The notes below the pieces were generated by a model. It saw only the letters and a program-made list of their open reading frames with translations, did not search any database and had not been told where the DNA came from. Shown here piece by piece: positions 44,146 through 53,536 of a stretch of 64,000 nucleotides of DNA. Position numbers and translations under genes: made by a program. Every line of letters starts with the position of its first letter. Positions within the stretch are counted from its first letter, which is position 1. Origin of the DNA: a virus; IMG/VR virus record IMGVR_UViG_3300021091_000012; one strand, 5' to 3'.

Positions 44146-45290
44146 TACTTTATGTATATTTGTAGAGGTACTTTGGCTAATTGCTGCTGAATTGAAGTAG
44201 CAATTAGTGCCTCATTCTCTAGTTGTGTTTTTCTACCCATAGTCAACAGTAACGTGTTAAGCTCTGTGATAAGTGTTGCTTTATCCTCTCTTCCCTGAGC
44301 TATTAGATCTGTACCATTGAGGGTAAGTTCAGATCCTGGAATAGGTACTGTACTATACTTTCCGCGAATCAATCCTAGCATCTCTTTTGTGACTGCTAAA
44401 GTGTACTTGTATATCCACTGAACTCCTATATCTTTAATTGTATTATATTGATTTCTGTTGAAAGGAATGCTACTTAAATCTGTAATCAAACTACCGCTTG
44501 CGTTTCCTTTTAGTGGGTTGATTCTATCAGCTTCAACAATATACTCAAACCACAACTTTGTAGTATAAGTTGGGATAGGGAATATTCGTAGTTGATTATT
44601 TCGTAGTTCAAAACTATAATTTGACTTACGAATCTTATCATTCATTTCAATAGCTTGTATTCTAAGTAAGTCAGCATACAGTGGCATTACTAAAAAAGAA
44701 ACAGCTGGTGAGTATGATCCCCAACCAAAGCTGTCTAGTAGCTGCTGTGTACCTGCTCCAGTACCTACGTATGGGTCAAAATACCGTACAATGGCTGGTG
44801 AGAAATCGTGGTAAACTCTTTTTACTTCAATCTTGCTTCCGGATTCATTGACGTCAGCCCATAGTGTATCTAAGTCATATAGGGTTTGGCCTGCTACAAG
44901 ATCAACATATCCCTTTTTCCAGTTTACAGTTCCACCACTTCCTGCTTCAGTACCGTACTCTTTAGCAAGCTGGATTGTTCTATTTAGGCTTGGTGCTATT
45001 ACTTTTCCGTTTAAGTCTGTTATATTAGAAGCTCCAATTAACGTATGCATATAATCTGCTGCGTTATTCATGTTTACTTGAGTAGAAAACTCAGTTACTG
45101 CTTCCTCAAAAGCTGCATAGAAGTTTACATCTTGCAATTCAACTTCTAATATAGGATATCCTAATCGCTTTGCACACCAATCTGCTACACGATCAGCATC
45201 CGACTGAAACCTCAAATCCAAGTCGTAATATCCAAAGGGTGTATTGCCTGGAGCAAAGGAACTGGATCCTGGCCAAATTGCTATGTTCAT
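44145..45290 (-). CDS. neck protein (gp13-like)
   Basis: RLGYPI..VEL, W...YTLA..KE.LG..RGKY...P.P...LNG. Confidence 0.75.
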   Translation of the reverse strand: MNIAIWPGSSSFAPGNTPFGYYDLDLRFQSDADRVADWCAKRLGYPILEVELQDVNFYAAFEEAVTEFSTQVNMNNAADYMHTLIGASNITDLNGKVIAPSLNRTIQLAKEYGTEAGSGGTVNWKKGYVDLVAGQTLYDLDTLWADVNESGSKIEVKRVYHDFSPAIVRYFDPYVGTGAGTQQLLDSFGWGSYSPAVSFLVMPLYADLLRIQAIEMNDKIRKSNYSFELRNNQLRIFPIPTYTTKLWFEYIVEADRINPLKGNASGSLITDLSSIPFNRNQYNTIKDIGVQWIYKYTLAVTKEMLGLIRGKYSTVPIPGSELTLNGTDLIAQGREDKATLITELNTLLLTMGRKTQLENEALIATSIQQQLAKVPLQIYIK

Positions 45291-45324
45291 AGTGATAAGT
45301 TTCTAATAAATATCGTAAAAACGC

Positions 45325-45348
45325 AAAAAGACTCCAATGGAGCCTTTT
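45325..45348 (-). terminator. intrinsic terminator
   Basis: AAAAGGCTCCA/TGGAGTCTTTT inverted repeat. Confidence 0.55.
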
Positions 45349-45369
45349 CAATGCTAGTCAAAATAACTC

Positions 45370-45684
45370 TTAGGTTAAATTAATTAATTTCCAAGTTGAA
45401 GACTTGCCGAAATACAAATCGCCACTAGAAGATAATATTAAAGCACCGTTTACTGTTGTAGGTAGTGGGTGATAGCTTTGGAGAAAGGTAAATGAACCAG
45501 TCGTTACGGAAGAGGTTACTGCAATGGATGCGTACGATGCTGTACCAGTTAAGCTTCCAACAAATCCTTGAGAAGCTGTTAGGGAGCCAGTTACTGCATG
45601 AGATCCAGTAAAGTGTCGGAAATTATTATCTATCTCTGTTGTATCAAGAGGACGAGTTAAATCTGCTCTATAAGTTATTGCCAT
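45370..45684 (-). CDS. small virion protein
   Basis: R....PL...E.D.NF N-terminal anchor; TGS repeats. Confidence 0.6.
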   Translation of the reverse strand: MAITYRADLTRPLDTTEIDNNFRHFTGSHAVTGSLTASQGFVGSLTGTASYASIAVTSSVTTGSFTFLQSYHPLPTTVNGALILSSSGDLYFGKSSTWKLINLT

Positions 45685-45713
45685 TTTGTAGTTTTTAAAT
45701 AAATATCAAGTAA

Positions 45714-46211
45714 TTAAGTTGATGCGACAAAGTATTCTAATTGCACGGCTGCTGTTGTAGCTCTTGCTTTTATTACGTCTGCTTGTTCAAGATATCCATA
45801 ATACATTTCATCCCAAATTCCAGGTAAGACATAATCAGCTGGCTGACTAGCTCCTAGATTGGCATTGTTAAACATTAGTGATTTTCCTGCTTCTAACGTA
45901 AATATTACAAACTCACCCTCTGTTTGATCTTCATTAACAATTGATATGTTTACTGAATTAGTAGTATCAAGGTTGGTTATTCTTACATATTTAACATTAC
46001 TCTTAACAAAAGAGCCAGCCGTTTGTTGCGCTTCACTGTCTGTAAATCGTAAAATTTCAATACCAGATCCACTAGGTGTAGTAGCAATAGTGTCAACTCT
46101 ACGTAGAGTTTGTGTAATACCTGATATGGTCTTGGTATTTTGAAGAGTCTCCTTGTTTCCATTTGGAAGTGTAATTGACTCTTGTATTGTAATAAGTAAA
46201 TCGCTTGCCAC
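45714..46211 (-). CDS. hypothetical virion protein
   Basis: KYVRITNLD; late motif upstream. Confidence 0.6.
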   Translation of the reverse strand: MASDLLITIQESITLPNGNKETLQNTKTISGITQTLRRVDTIATTPSGSGIEILRFTDSEAQQTAGSFVKSNVKYVRITNLDTTNSVNISIVNEDQTEGEFVIFTLEAGKSLMFNNANLGASQPADYVLPGIWDEMYYGYLEQADVIKARATTAAVQLEYFVAST

Positions 46212-46245
46212 TACGTATTTTGTTATAAATAGTAGCGTAGTTTGA

Positions 46246-46941
46246 TTAATCCCTATAGTCAGTATAAACTGATAGAATTTTCTCTACAATTTCGTGTCTG
46301 TGATTAGTTCTAAGCGATATGATTCGCACTCCCGGTACTTGCTCTTCCAGTCTTACAAAGAAACTAATTCCAGAATCTTTCTTTGATTTTAAATCAATCT
46401 GAGCTAAGTCACCACAGAATACCATCTTGCCTCCTTTGCCTAGACGACCTAACATCATCTCAGTCTGAGTATGTGTAATGTTTTGACACTCATCAACTAA
46501 TACCATTGTGTTTGGAAACGTACGACCTCGCATAAATGCAAATGGAACAATCTCAATGTAATTTTCAGATACCATTTTATCAATGGCTTCTTTGTTGTAC
46601 AGCATATAAAGATTAGCGTATATTGGAGCTAACCATGGATCCATTTTTTCCTTCATGTCGCCTGGTAAAAAGCCAATATCCTCTTTTGCTACAGTAGGTC
46701 TTGTTATAACTATTTTTTCAATTTCTCGCTTGAAAAACATATCTAGTGCTATTTGACAAGCTACTAATGTTTTACCGCTTCCAGCCATTCCTTTAAGTAG
46801 AACTATTGAATTATCGTAGATAACAGCTTTGGCTGCTTTTTGCTCTTCGTTTAACTCTATCTTAAATTTGATTTGGCCTTTTGGTTTTCTTTTTTCAAGA
46901 TTACTCAACTTTCGTGCCTGCGGTTGCTTATGATCTTCCAT
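46246..46941 (-). CDS. phoH: PhoH-family ATPase
   Basis: GMAGSGKT, ITRP, GFLPG, FMRGRTF, DECQN, GD..QID, HRH. Confidence 0.93.
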   Translation of the reverse strand: MEDHKQPQARKLSNLEKRKPKGQIKFKIELNEEQKAAKAVIYDNSIVLLKGMAGSGKTLVACQIALDMFFKREIEKIVITRPTVAKEDIGFLPGDMKEKMDPWLAPIYANLYMLYNKEAIDKMVSENYIEIVPFAFMRGRTFPNTMVLVDECQNITHTQTEMMLGRLGKGGKMVFCGDLAQIDLKSKKDSGISFFVRLEEQVPGVRIISLRTNHRHEIVEKILSVYTDYRD

Positions 46942-46983
46942 GAACCAGTAACTTTTGTTTTATATAAATAGCTTTGCAAAACA

Positions 46984-47008
46984 AAAAACCCCTCACTAGG
47001 AGGGGTTC
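46984..47008 (-). terminator. intrinsic terminator after major capsid gene
   Basis: AACCCCTC-CTAGT-GAGGGGTTTTTT. Confidence 0.85.
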
Positions 47009-47028
47009 TCAGTTAGGTTTGTATTTGA

Positions 47029-48636
47029 TTAAACAAGACCCAAATTAGCTACGTATACTTTTCCGTAGAACTCAGGACGAGTAACAACTTTCGCATAGCG
47101 AGTCATTACACCACGTCTTGGAATGAAGTTCTTAGGATCGTACACAAGTGGAGTCAACATTAATGGAATGTATGGAGCATAAACAGCACCAGTTTCCAAG
47201 AATTGGCCACCTCTGAATCCCATCAAGATGGTGTTTTCTTGCATATAAGGGTTTTTGTACACTTCATAACGGCTAGTCAAAGCACCTACTTTTTGTACGC
47301 CCATTGCATACTTGGACTTAGTTCCGTCTCCATCTGCTGCATATCCTGGGATTGATTCGAGGATTGTAGAAACGTCTGGAGAACACACTAGGAAGTTTGC
47401 ACCACCACGAAGAGTTTTAGCGTGGATCTGGTTAGATACTTTTTGTAGTTTAGTACCTAAAGTTGCAAACCAAGTACCTTGGATATAAGCTTGACCAGTA
47501 AATTGAGATGTAGTGAATGAAGAACCTTCATACGCTTCACCTACTTTAGCTGACCAGTACTCAGTTGTAGCTGCTGCAGAGATAAGCATGTCTAGGATCT
47601 CTAAATCGATTTCCATTGATACATATTCTGACAACATAGCTGTCAATTCTCCTTCAGCATCTACTGAGTGGTATGCGTTAAGGTCTTGAGCAAACTCAGG
47701 TGTCCAGCTTGCTTTCAACTTACGAGTCTTAGCAGTTACTGGAATTGAACGCATTTGCAATTCAATTTCTGGAATATTCAAGTCTGTGTCTAATGAACGG
47801 TTGTTAGCATCTACTCCAGTTGATTCGAAGTCATTTCTGTTATTGTTTGTAGGTTGGATAGAGAACGATACTGCAGCTGTGCCGATACTTGGTCCGGCAG
47901 TCAATGCAGATGCGTTTACTACAAATACAAGGTTGTTTCCACTTTTACGTGTAAATGCAGGATAGAAGTCAGTAACTGCTAACGTAGTTGATCCAGATAC
48001 TGGAACAAAGGAACGTACTGCATACTCATCAGCTGTTGTGTTAGATGTAAAGAAGTTTGTATAGCTAAGGGTTCTGTAGCTAGACAATGATGCTGTAAAG
48101 TCACCATCAAAGTTCACGTCAGTGTCACCAACTGATCCAGTTGTTGCTGCGTTTGATGCTACTACAGTATTTACTGAGTAACCAAAACGACCAGCACCAT
48201 AAAGACCGTCTGTAGGATCTCCAGCTGCATTAGTAACACCTTGAAGAGTACCAGTTTGGTTTTGTCCAGTTGGAGCAAATCCAAAAGGCTTCTTATTGTT
48301 ACCATATTTAAAGTCTAAGTAGAATACTAGACCAGAAGGCAAGTTCATTGGCTGTACAGAAACGAATTCTTTAGCAGCGATTTCAGCGAATACTCTTCGT
48401 ACTAACGGAAGAGCTACACCAGTCCACTGCTCGAATCCTGATCCACCTATACCTGCAGTTGTTCCAGATCCTTCTTTTACTAATTGACGAGCTTGGTTTT
48501 CAAGGAGTACAGCCACAGCTGACTTCTCATTTTTACCTTTCAAGCCCTCAAGTAATCCCGTACGAGACCACTTAGAGATAAGAGGTTTTGTTGCTTCACC
48601 TCTGTTCTCGTTATGAATGTTTTCAAACAAGTTCAT
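47029..48636 (-). CDS. major capsid protein (T4 gp23-like)
   Basis: LLENQ, LPLVRR, VQPM..PSGL.F, AKTRKLKA.WT.E.AQDL, YAPYIPL, TRY. Confidence 0.96.
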   Translation of the reverse strand: MNLFENIHNENRGEATKPLISKWSRTGLLEGLKGKNEKSAVAVLLENQARQLVKEGSGTTAGIGGSGFEQWTGVALPLVRRVFAEIAAKEFVSVQPMNLPSGLVFYLDFKYGNNKKPFGFAPTGQNQTGTLQGVTNAAGDPTDGLYGAGRFGYSVNTVVASNAATTGSVGDTDVNFDGDFTASLSSYRTLSYTNFFTSNTTADEYAVRSFVPVSGSTTLAVTDFYPAFTRKSGNNLVFVVNASALTAGPSIGTAAVSFSIQPTNNNRNDFESTGVDANNRSLDTDLNIPEIELQMRSIPVTAKTRKLKASWTPEFAQDLNAYHSVDAEGELTAMLSEYVSMEIDLEILDMLISAAATTEYWSAKVGEAYEGSSFTTSQFTGQAYIQGTWFATLGTKLQKVSNQIHAKTLRGGANFLVCSPDVSTILESIPGYAADGDGTKSKYAMGVQKVGALTSRYEVYKNPYMQENTILMGFRGGQFLETGAVYAPYIPLMLTPLVYDPKNFIPRRGVMTRYAKVVTRPEFYGKVYVANLGLV

Positions 48637-48656
48637 TTTTTTGCTTTTTAGATTAA

Positions 48657-49739
48657 TTATTTATTAAAGTTTACTAACGTTTTGAAACGATCGTAGATTT
48701 TGTTTTCTTGAAGAATTTTAGTAGGCTTTTGAGCTTTAGATGCAAAACCTTCTACCATTTTCTTTTTAGAAACTGGAGTAGATTTCATAGCCTTTTTAGC
48801 TACCGATTCAGCAAGTGTAGTGTATATCAATTTAGCTTCACGTACATTTTTAGCACGATCAAAAGTTTCAATGATTTTCACTTTTTGACCTTCAGTAAGA
48901 CCTTCACGCTTGATTAATTTATTTACATAAAGTAATTTAGCATTTAATAGGTTTACTTCGTTCAATTTACTACGTAAGAATCTGATTACTTTATAAGCTT
49001 CTTCCAATTCTTCCTCAGCTTTTTCAGCTCTTTCTGAATCTTCACTACCTTCTTCATCTTCTTCACGCAATGCACGGATGATTTCTTCTAGGTCAACTTC
49101 CTCGTCTTCGCCTTCCTCATCATCTTCCATCATCTTCATTTTCTTTTTCTTACCTTCAGATTTAGGGGCTTCGTCGTCATCGTCGTCGTCTTCGTCGTCT
49201 TCCTCTTCCATCATCTTCATTTTCTTTTTCTTACCTTCAGATTTAGGGGCTTCTTCATACTCTTCGTCCTCACCTTCTTCAAGTGATTCTTCTTCGTCTG
49301 AACCTTCTTCCTCTTCACCCTCAAGTTCGCGGATCAACTCTTCTAACTCTTCGTCAGAAATGTCACCCTCTTCTTCAGCAGGCGCTTCTTCTTCAGCAGG
49401 TGCTTCTTCTTCAGCAGGTGCTTCTTCTTCGTCACCTTCTTCAGCTAGAGCCTCTGGATCTTCACCAGCATCGTTTGATGCACCTTCACCTTCCTCATCT
49501 CCAAAGATATCATCTTCTTCATAGATTCCAGCGTTTGAGCGCATTCTTGATTCCATAGCTGCTTCATCTTCTGCAGGTGCTTCTTCTTCGTCACCTTCCA
49601 TCTCTTCTTTAATTTTGTGAGATAGCATGGATTGTAGTTTGGGAGCAAATGCTTCTTCAAGTGCAGCTTTTGCGTTTGCTAATGCAGTCTCACGAACAGC
49701 TTTAGCATCTGCGATTGCGTCTTTTAACAATTTGTTCAT
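48657..49739 (-). CDS. prohead core/scaffold protein
   Basis: Very acidic; A..NAK.ALEEAF.P N-terminus, LNEVNLLNAKLLY; immediately upstream of the capsid gene. Confidence 0.8.
   Translation of the reverse strand: MNKLLKDAIADAKAVRETALANAKAALEEAFAPKLQSMLSHKIKEEMEGDEEEAPAEDEAAMESRMRSNAGIYEEDDIFGDEEGEGASNDAGEDPEALAEEGDEEEAPAEEEAPAEEEAPAEEEGDISDEELEELIRELEGEEEEGSDEEESLEEGEDEEYEEAPKSEGKKKKMKMMEEEDDEDDDDDDEAPKSEGKKKKMKMMEDDEEGEDEEVDLEEIIRALREEDEEGSEDSERAEKAEEELEEAYKVIRFLRSKLNEVNLLNAKLLYVNKLIKREGLTEGQKVKIIETFDRAKNVREAKLIYTTLAESVAKKAMKSTPVSKKKMVEGFASKAQKPTKILQENKIYDRFKTLVNFNK
49123..49253 (-). repeat. 50-bp perfect direct repeat (81-nt period) in scaffold gene
   Basis: 49123-49172 equals 49204-49253, encoding EAPKSEGKKKKMKMME twice. 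Confidence 0.9.
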
Positions 49740-49890
49740 TTTGCTTTTTTGTTTGTCCTGAGGCTATTGGAAGCCAGCAATATAGATCATAAGATTAGGA
49801 CACTATAATACGGATAGTGTATTTGCAAATAAGTATTACGTAAAAAAAGAAAAACCCATTTTTAGGTAGATTTTCTCAAAAAAAAGATGT

Positions 49891-50553
49891 TTATACTGCT
49901 TTTATTCCCATCTTTCCGACAAAATCAGCTACCTCTCCTGTTTTAACAGTAGCCATTGCTGCTTCTAATGCTCCAAGAGAAAAGCTTCCACCATGGGCAG
50001 CGCCGGTTATAGCACCTTTAAATGCACTAATTGCTCCGACTCCACTATAAACAGCTAGTGCCGCAATAATTGTATAGTATAATGCCGTTGCTGCTTTGAG
50101 TTGAGCAGCATCGTCTGTTATGTTTGCTTTTTTGAACACCCCAGATACTTTTAAAATCCACTTAATACCCATAACATATGCCTTGTGCCATCTGTGAGTA
50201 AATTCAATAATGTTGTGAGCAAACTCCTCCTCACTACCTTTGGCTTGTCCAGGCTTCACTAAACTCTTCCATACAGACACTATCTTACCAATACCTTTTA
50301 CAAAAACTTGCACGACTTTTGGCGCTGCTAGTATGATACCAAGAATACCAATAATACCTAGTGCTTCATTTACCTCACCTTGCGATTGCTCAACGTCTTG
50401 CTGTATCTCATCTTTATTAGCTTCAAATTCAGCTCCTAGTGTTTTGAATGCGCCACCCATAGCAGCGTCCATCGCTGCTATTTGTTTTTTATTTTCCTCC
50501 TCCCTTAGAATTGATTCTACTAAAAAACTAAGTTTTATTGCATCTGCTCTCAC
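49891..50553 (-). CDS. hypothetical protein with hydrophobic helices, putative head-packaged (probable GTG start 50553)
   Basis: KLSFLVESILRE, VNE then ALGIIGILGIILAA. Confidence 0.55.
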   Translation of the reverse strand: MRADAIKLSFLVESILREEENKKQIAAMDAAMGGAFKTLGAEFEANKDEIQQDVEQSQGEVNEALGIIGILGIILAAPKVVQVFVKGIGKIVSVWKSLVKPGQAKGSEEEFAHNIIEFTHRWHKAYVMGIKWILKVSGVFKKANITDDAAQLKAATALYYTIIAALAVYSGVGAISAFKGAITGAAHGGSFSLGALEAAMATVKTGEVADFVGKMGIKAV

Positions 50554-50947
50554 TTTTTTTAAAAAAAGATTTTGCTTGTTCTGTAATGTCATCAAAACCT
50601 ATAAGAATATCTACATCATCTGGCTTTACAGTTGCTAATATTCCGTTTTTTGTTATCTTCTTAGCTACTGCAGTGTTGTTTCTGAAGTTAGCTGTATTAT
50701 ACTTTTTAGCAGCTGATATATCAAACTTGAAGCTTAATGCATCTTCTGCAGGTGCTGCTTTCTTCTCTTTGTCTTTCTCCTCTTCACCACCAGCGTCAGC
50801 ACCAGCTTTTGGATCAGCCTCAGCTTCCTTATCTCCACCTCCTGCATTGGCGGCTGCAAAAGGATTGCCTTCTTCCTCTGCCTCAAAGATGTACTCGTCT
50901 AGTACTTCGTTGATGAGCTTTAATGTTAATTTATGTGCTCTATTCAT
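50528..50947 (-). CDS. hypothetical head-region protein
   Basis: KLINE...IFEAEEE, acidic linker. Confidence 0.6.
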   Translation of the reverse strand: MNRAHKLTLKLINEVLDEYIFEAEEEGNPFAAANAGGGDKEAEADPKAGADAGGEEEKDKEKKAAPAEDALSFKFDISAAKKYNTANFRNNTAVAKKITKNGILATVKPDDVDILIGFDDITEQAKSFFKKSESRCNKT

Positions 50948-50948
50948 G

Positions 50949-51308
50949 TTAGTGAATTTCGTAGTATCTACCTAAAGTACCTCCCATCTCTTCGTACAAA
51001 GCCTCTAGTCTTTGTTGTAGTTTGGCAATTTCACCCACAGTCTTTTTAAATGCCTCGTTGTTGGAACGAAGAGACTTCATATTTCGTTTCACAGTGACTT
51101 CATCAAACCATTCCTCGGTTTCTTGTAAAGCAATACGCTCAGCGTTCTCAACAATCTTACTAATTTTTTCAGCTGCTTCGCGCATGCCTTCTGTACGGTA
51201 GATAATCTTACCATACTCACTAAACTGAGAAACTTCTTGTAAGAATGCTGCTTTCTCATTTAAGGTAGTTTTTTGGTCGATGCTTTCTTTTATTTTCTTG
51301 AGTTTCAT
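50949..51308 (-). CDS. hypothetical head-region protein
   Basis: WFD..TV.RNMK...QQRLEALYE.MG..L.RYYEI; adjacent to protease. Confidence 0.7.
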   Translation of the reverse strand: MKLKKIKESIDQKTTLNEKAAFLQEVSQFSEYGKIIYRTEGMREAAEKISKIVENAERIALQETEEWFDEVTVKRNMKSLRSNNEAFKKTVGEIAKLQQRLEALYEEMGGTLGRYYEIH

Positions 51309-51309
51309 A

Positions 51310-51927
51310 TTACATTACTGAGATTATATCACTGATTAGTGAGTTAATTTTTGAATACTTGTTTGATTTTTCTTGGTTTGTACCTTCGTTTAATGATGGA
51401 GACATAAATGCTCCTTGAGTTGATGGATTACTTACTAAGTCCCAGCATACGATTTCGAAGTCATCTTGAACTTCCACCTTACCCTCTCCTAGGTTTTTTA
51501 CCGATCCCATTCCTCGAGATGAAATGCCTAAACGAATTCCTGCTCGTAGCAACTCTTTTGCAATGTTTCCTGATGGTGTTGCTAGAATTTCAATTTTACC
51601 CATTAAATCGGTTCCTTGCCACCACAGATCTAATACGTTGTGCGAAACATTGGCAAGATTAACTACTTGTGATTCTGGATGATCTAATTCTCCTAAAGCT
51701 CTTCGCTCTTTAATAAAAACGTTTTTATATTTTTCGCATTCACGCTTTAGTATGGGTAATGGATAGCTTCTACCATTTTGATTGAAGTTCTGCTCGCTGC
51801 CATTACTACCACGCTGCATAACACCTACTACAACGACCTTACCTTCATTTTTGGCCATTGACTCCGTGATTTGTTCCGGAGTTATTTGGATAGATCCAAT
51901 ATAGTCTACTAATACTGCTTTATTCAT
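51310..51927 (-). CDS. prohead protease (T4 gp21-like)
   Basis: NQNGR.YP, ALGELDHP, VSH, TPSG, GISSRGMGS, WDLVSNPS. Confidence 0.95.
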   Translation of the reverse strand: MNKAVLVDYIGSIQITPEQITESMAKNEGKVVVVGVMQRGSNGSEQNFNQNGRSYPLPILKRECEKYKNVFIKERRALGELDHPESQVVNLANVSHNVLDLWWQGTDLMGKIEILATPSGNIAKELLRAGIRLGISSRGMGSVKNLGEGKVEVQDDFEIVCWDLVSNPSTQGAFMSPSLNEGTNQEKSNKYSKINSLISDIISVM

Positions 51928-52667
51928 GGTTTAAATTCTTTGGCTATAGTTTGAATTAACTCTTGTTCTTGATTCATGGTTCCAAGTCTAATCTCCTCAT
52001 CGTAGGCTTGATAGAGCACCTCACCATTGCGATAATCTACAGCGTATGGTTCGCCTTCAATCATAATGTCAAATTCATACCAATCGACTCCAAGCTGATT
52101 ATGATCAATGTCCATTGATTTAATGGGTATTCCAGCTTTAGTAAAAACTTGTGCCAATCTATCTTTGACTACGTTGGCTGCTAGTTCTTTTAGGTTTGCT
52201 AGCTGTCCTACTTTTTTGTTAACTTCAGATAGCTTTGATTTCATTTTAAGAATCGCTTCTGTTGTCTTTTTCCAATACTTTGAATTATCTACAGCTGACT
52301 CTTGTTTTAATTTTATGCTGTGGTCTAGTGCTTGTGAGATTTCTCTTAACATTTTATTCACCTCTAATACTCTTCGATTAATTTTTTGCACTTGAGTATT
52401 AGTGCTGTCTTCTTTGAAGGTTTTGTAGTTTAATTCGTACAATTTAATACTGTGCTTTTTCTCAGAAGATGGTTTGATAGAAAATGAGTATTGATCATCT
52501 TTTACATCGATTGCCTTTGTTCCATCTCCACCCTCTTCTCCAGTCCAAGCTGCTGCAGTCAAAAATCCTGGAATATTGGCTGTTGTACTACCCTCTTTGC
52601 GTAATTTCTTAATATAAGAACGAACCTCGTCTATCTCCTCTCTTGTAAGTTTTTTTTTACTTGACAT
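51924..52667 (-). CDS. hypothetical head-region protein
   Basis: Several xxE linkers (LRKE, LYE, LKE). Confidence 0.6.
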   Translation of the reverse strand: MSSKKKLTREEIDEVRSYIKKLRKEGSTTANIPGFLTAAAWTGEEGGDGTKAIDVKDDQYSFSIKPSSEKKHSIKLYELNYKTFKEDSTNTQVQKINRRVLEVNKMLREISQALDHSIKLKQESAVDNSKYWKKTTEAILKMKSKLSEVNKKVGQLANLKELAANVVKDRLAQVFTKAGIPIKSMDIDHNQLGVDWYEFDIMIEGEPYAVDYRNGEVLYQAYDEEIRLGTMNQEQELIQTIAKEFKP

Positions 52668-53511
52668 TTTTAAGTTCTTTTAGGAGTTCGTGATACAATA
52701 ACAAACATAAAACATTTTCTTCTTTTACTGTTTTAACCTTAGAAAAAGAGGAAAGCATATTGCTAACTTCGTTAAGTTTGATTTTTGTTACTTTGTCTGT
52801 AATAGTTGGGATGTATTTTTTAATACTAGCCTTTAGTAGGTCTGCTTCTTTGATTAAGAAGTTTTTTAAAGACACCGTATTAGACACATTGTTAATGTAT
52901 TCTTTGAGTATTGCTCTTTGTTTTAACGATAAGCCTGCATATTTTTCATTGAACTTGTCAATCATCAACTTATAAGCTAGTAACCTTACTTCCTCATCTT
53001 GCTTAATGTAATCTTCTGCAAAAGAGCTACTCTCGTTAAGTATCTTACTCCTTTTCTTGGTAAGATGTTCTAACAAAGTAAAGCGGCTTCTCACCACATC
53101 TGCAGCTTTTGTGATTATTGCACCCTCAAATATCCGATAAATAGATGCATACAGCTTGTATTCGTTTAAATTGGTTTTGAAGAAATCTGAGAGATTGTAA
53201 TGCTTTTTAATCTCCTTGATTAGTATGTATTTCGATTCGCCTAATGCTTTTGTGTTAAGTTTATTTCTCAGCTTAACTACTGTATTAATTAAATAATTTG
53301 CTTTGTCTTGTGATGAATATTTTTCACTCAACAGTGTTTGATAAAGCATCAACTCTTTTGTGAGTAATGTATTAGGTTTAAAATGTTCTCGAATCAGTGT
53401 AAGAGCGGGAGACTTGTCTACACCCTTTATAGTGTCGGCTGCTACTTGTCTTGTTAGTAGTTCAAACAAAATAGCGGTATTTTTAATCTTAGAGTGTGTT
53501 GACTTTTTCAT
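52657..53511 (-). CDS. hypothetical head-assembly protein
   Basis: HSKIKNT.ILFELL.RQ; lies between portal and protease. Confidence 0.65.
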   Translation of the reverse strand: MKKSTHSKIKNTAILFELLTRQVAADTIKGVDKSPALTLIREHFKPNTLLTKELMLYQTLLSEKYSSQDKANYLINTVVKLRNKLNTKALGESKYILIKEIKKHYNLSDFFKTNLNEYKLYASIYRIFEGAIITKAADVVRSRFTLLEHLTKKRSKILNESSSFAEDYIKQDEEVRLLAYKLMIDKFNEKYAGLSLKQRAILKEYINNVSNTVSLKNFLIKEADLLKASIKKYIPTITDKVTKIKLNEVSNMLSSFSKVKTVKEENVLCLLLYHELLKELKNVK

Positions 53512-53536
53512 CTAGTAATAAATATGCCCTAAAAGT

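Noticed and set aside
50545-50570. T7A7 run as a programmed frameshift joining two head-region ORFs
   Set aside because: The join needs +1 and a GTG start at 50553 explains the downstream gene; a homopolymer length error is also plausible
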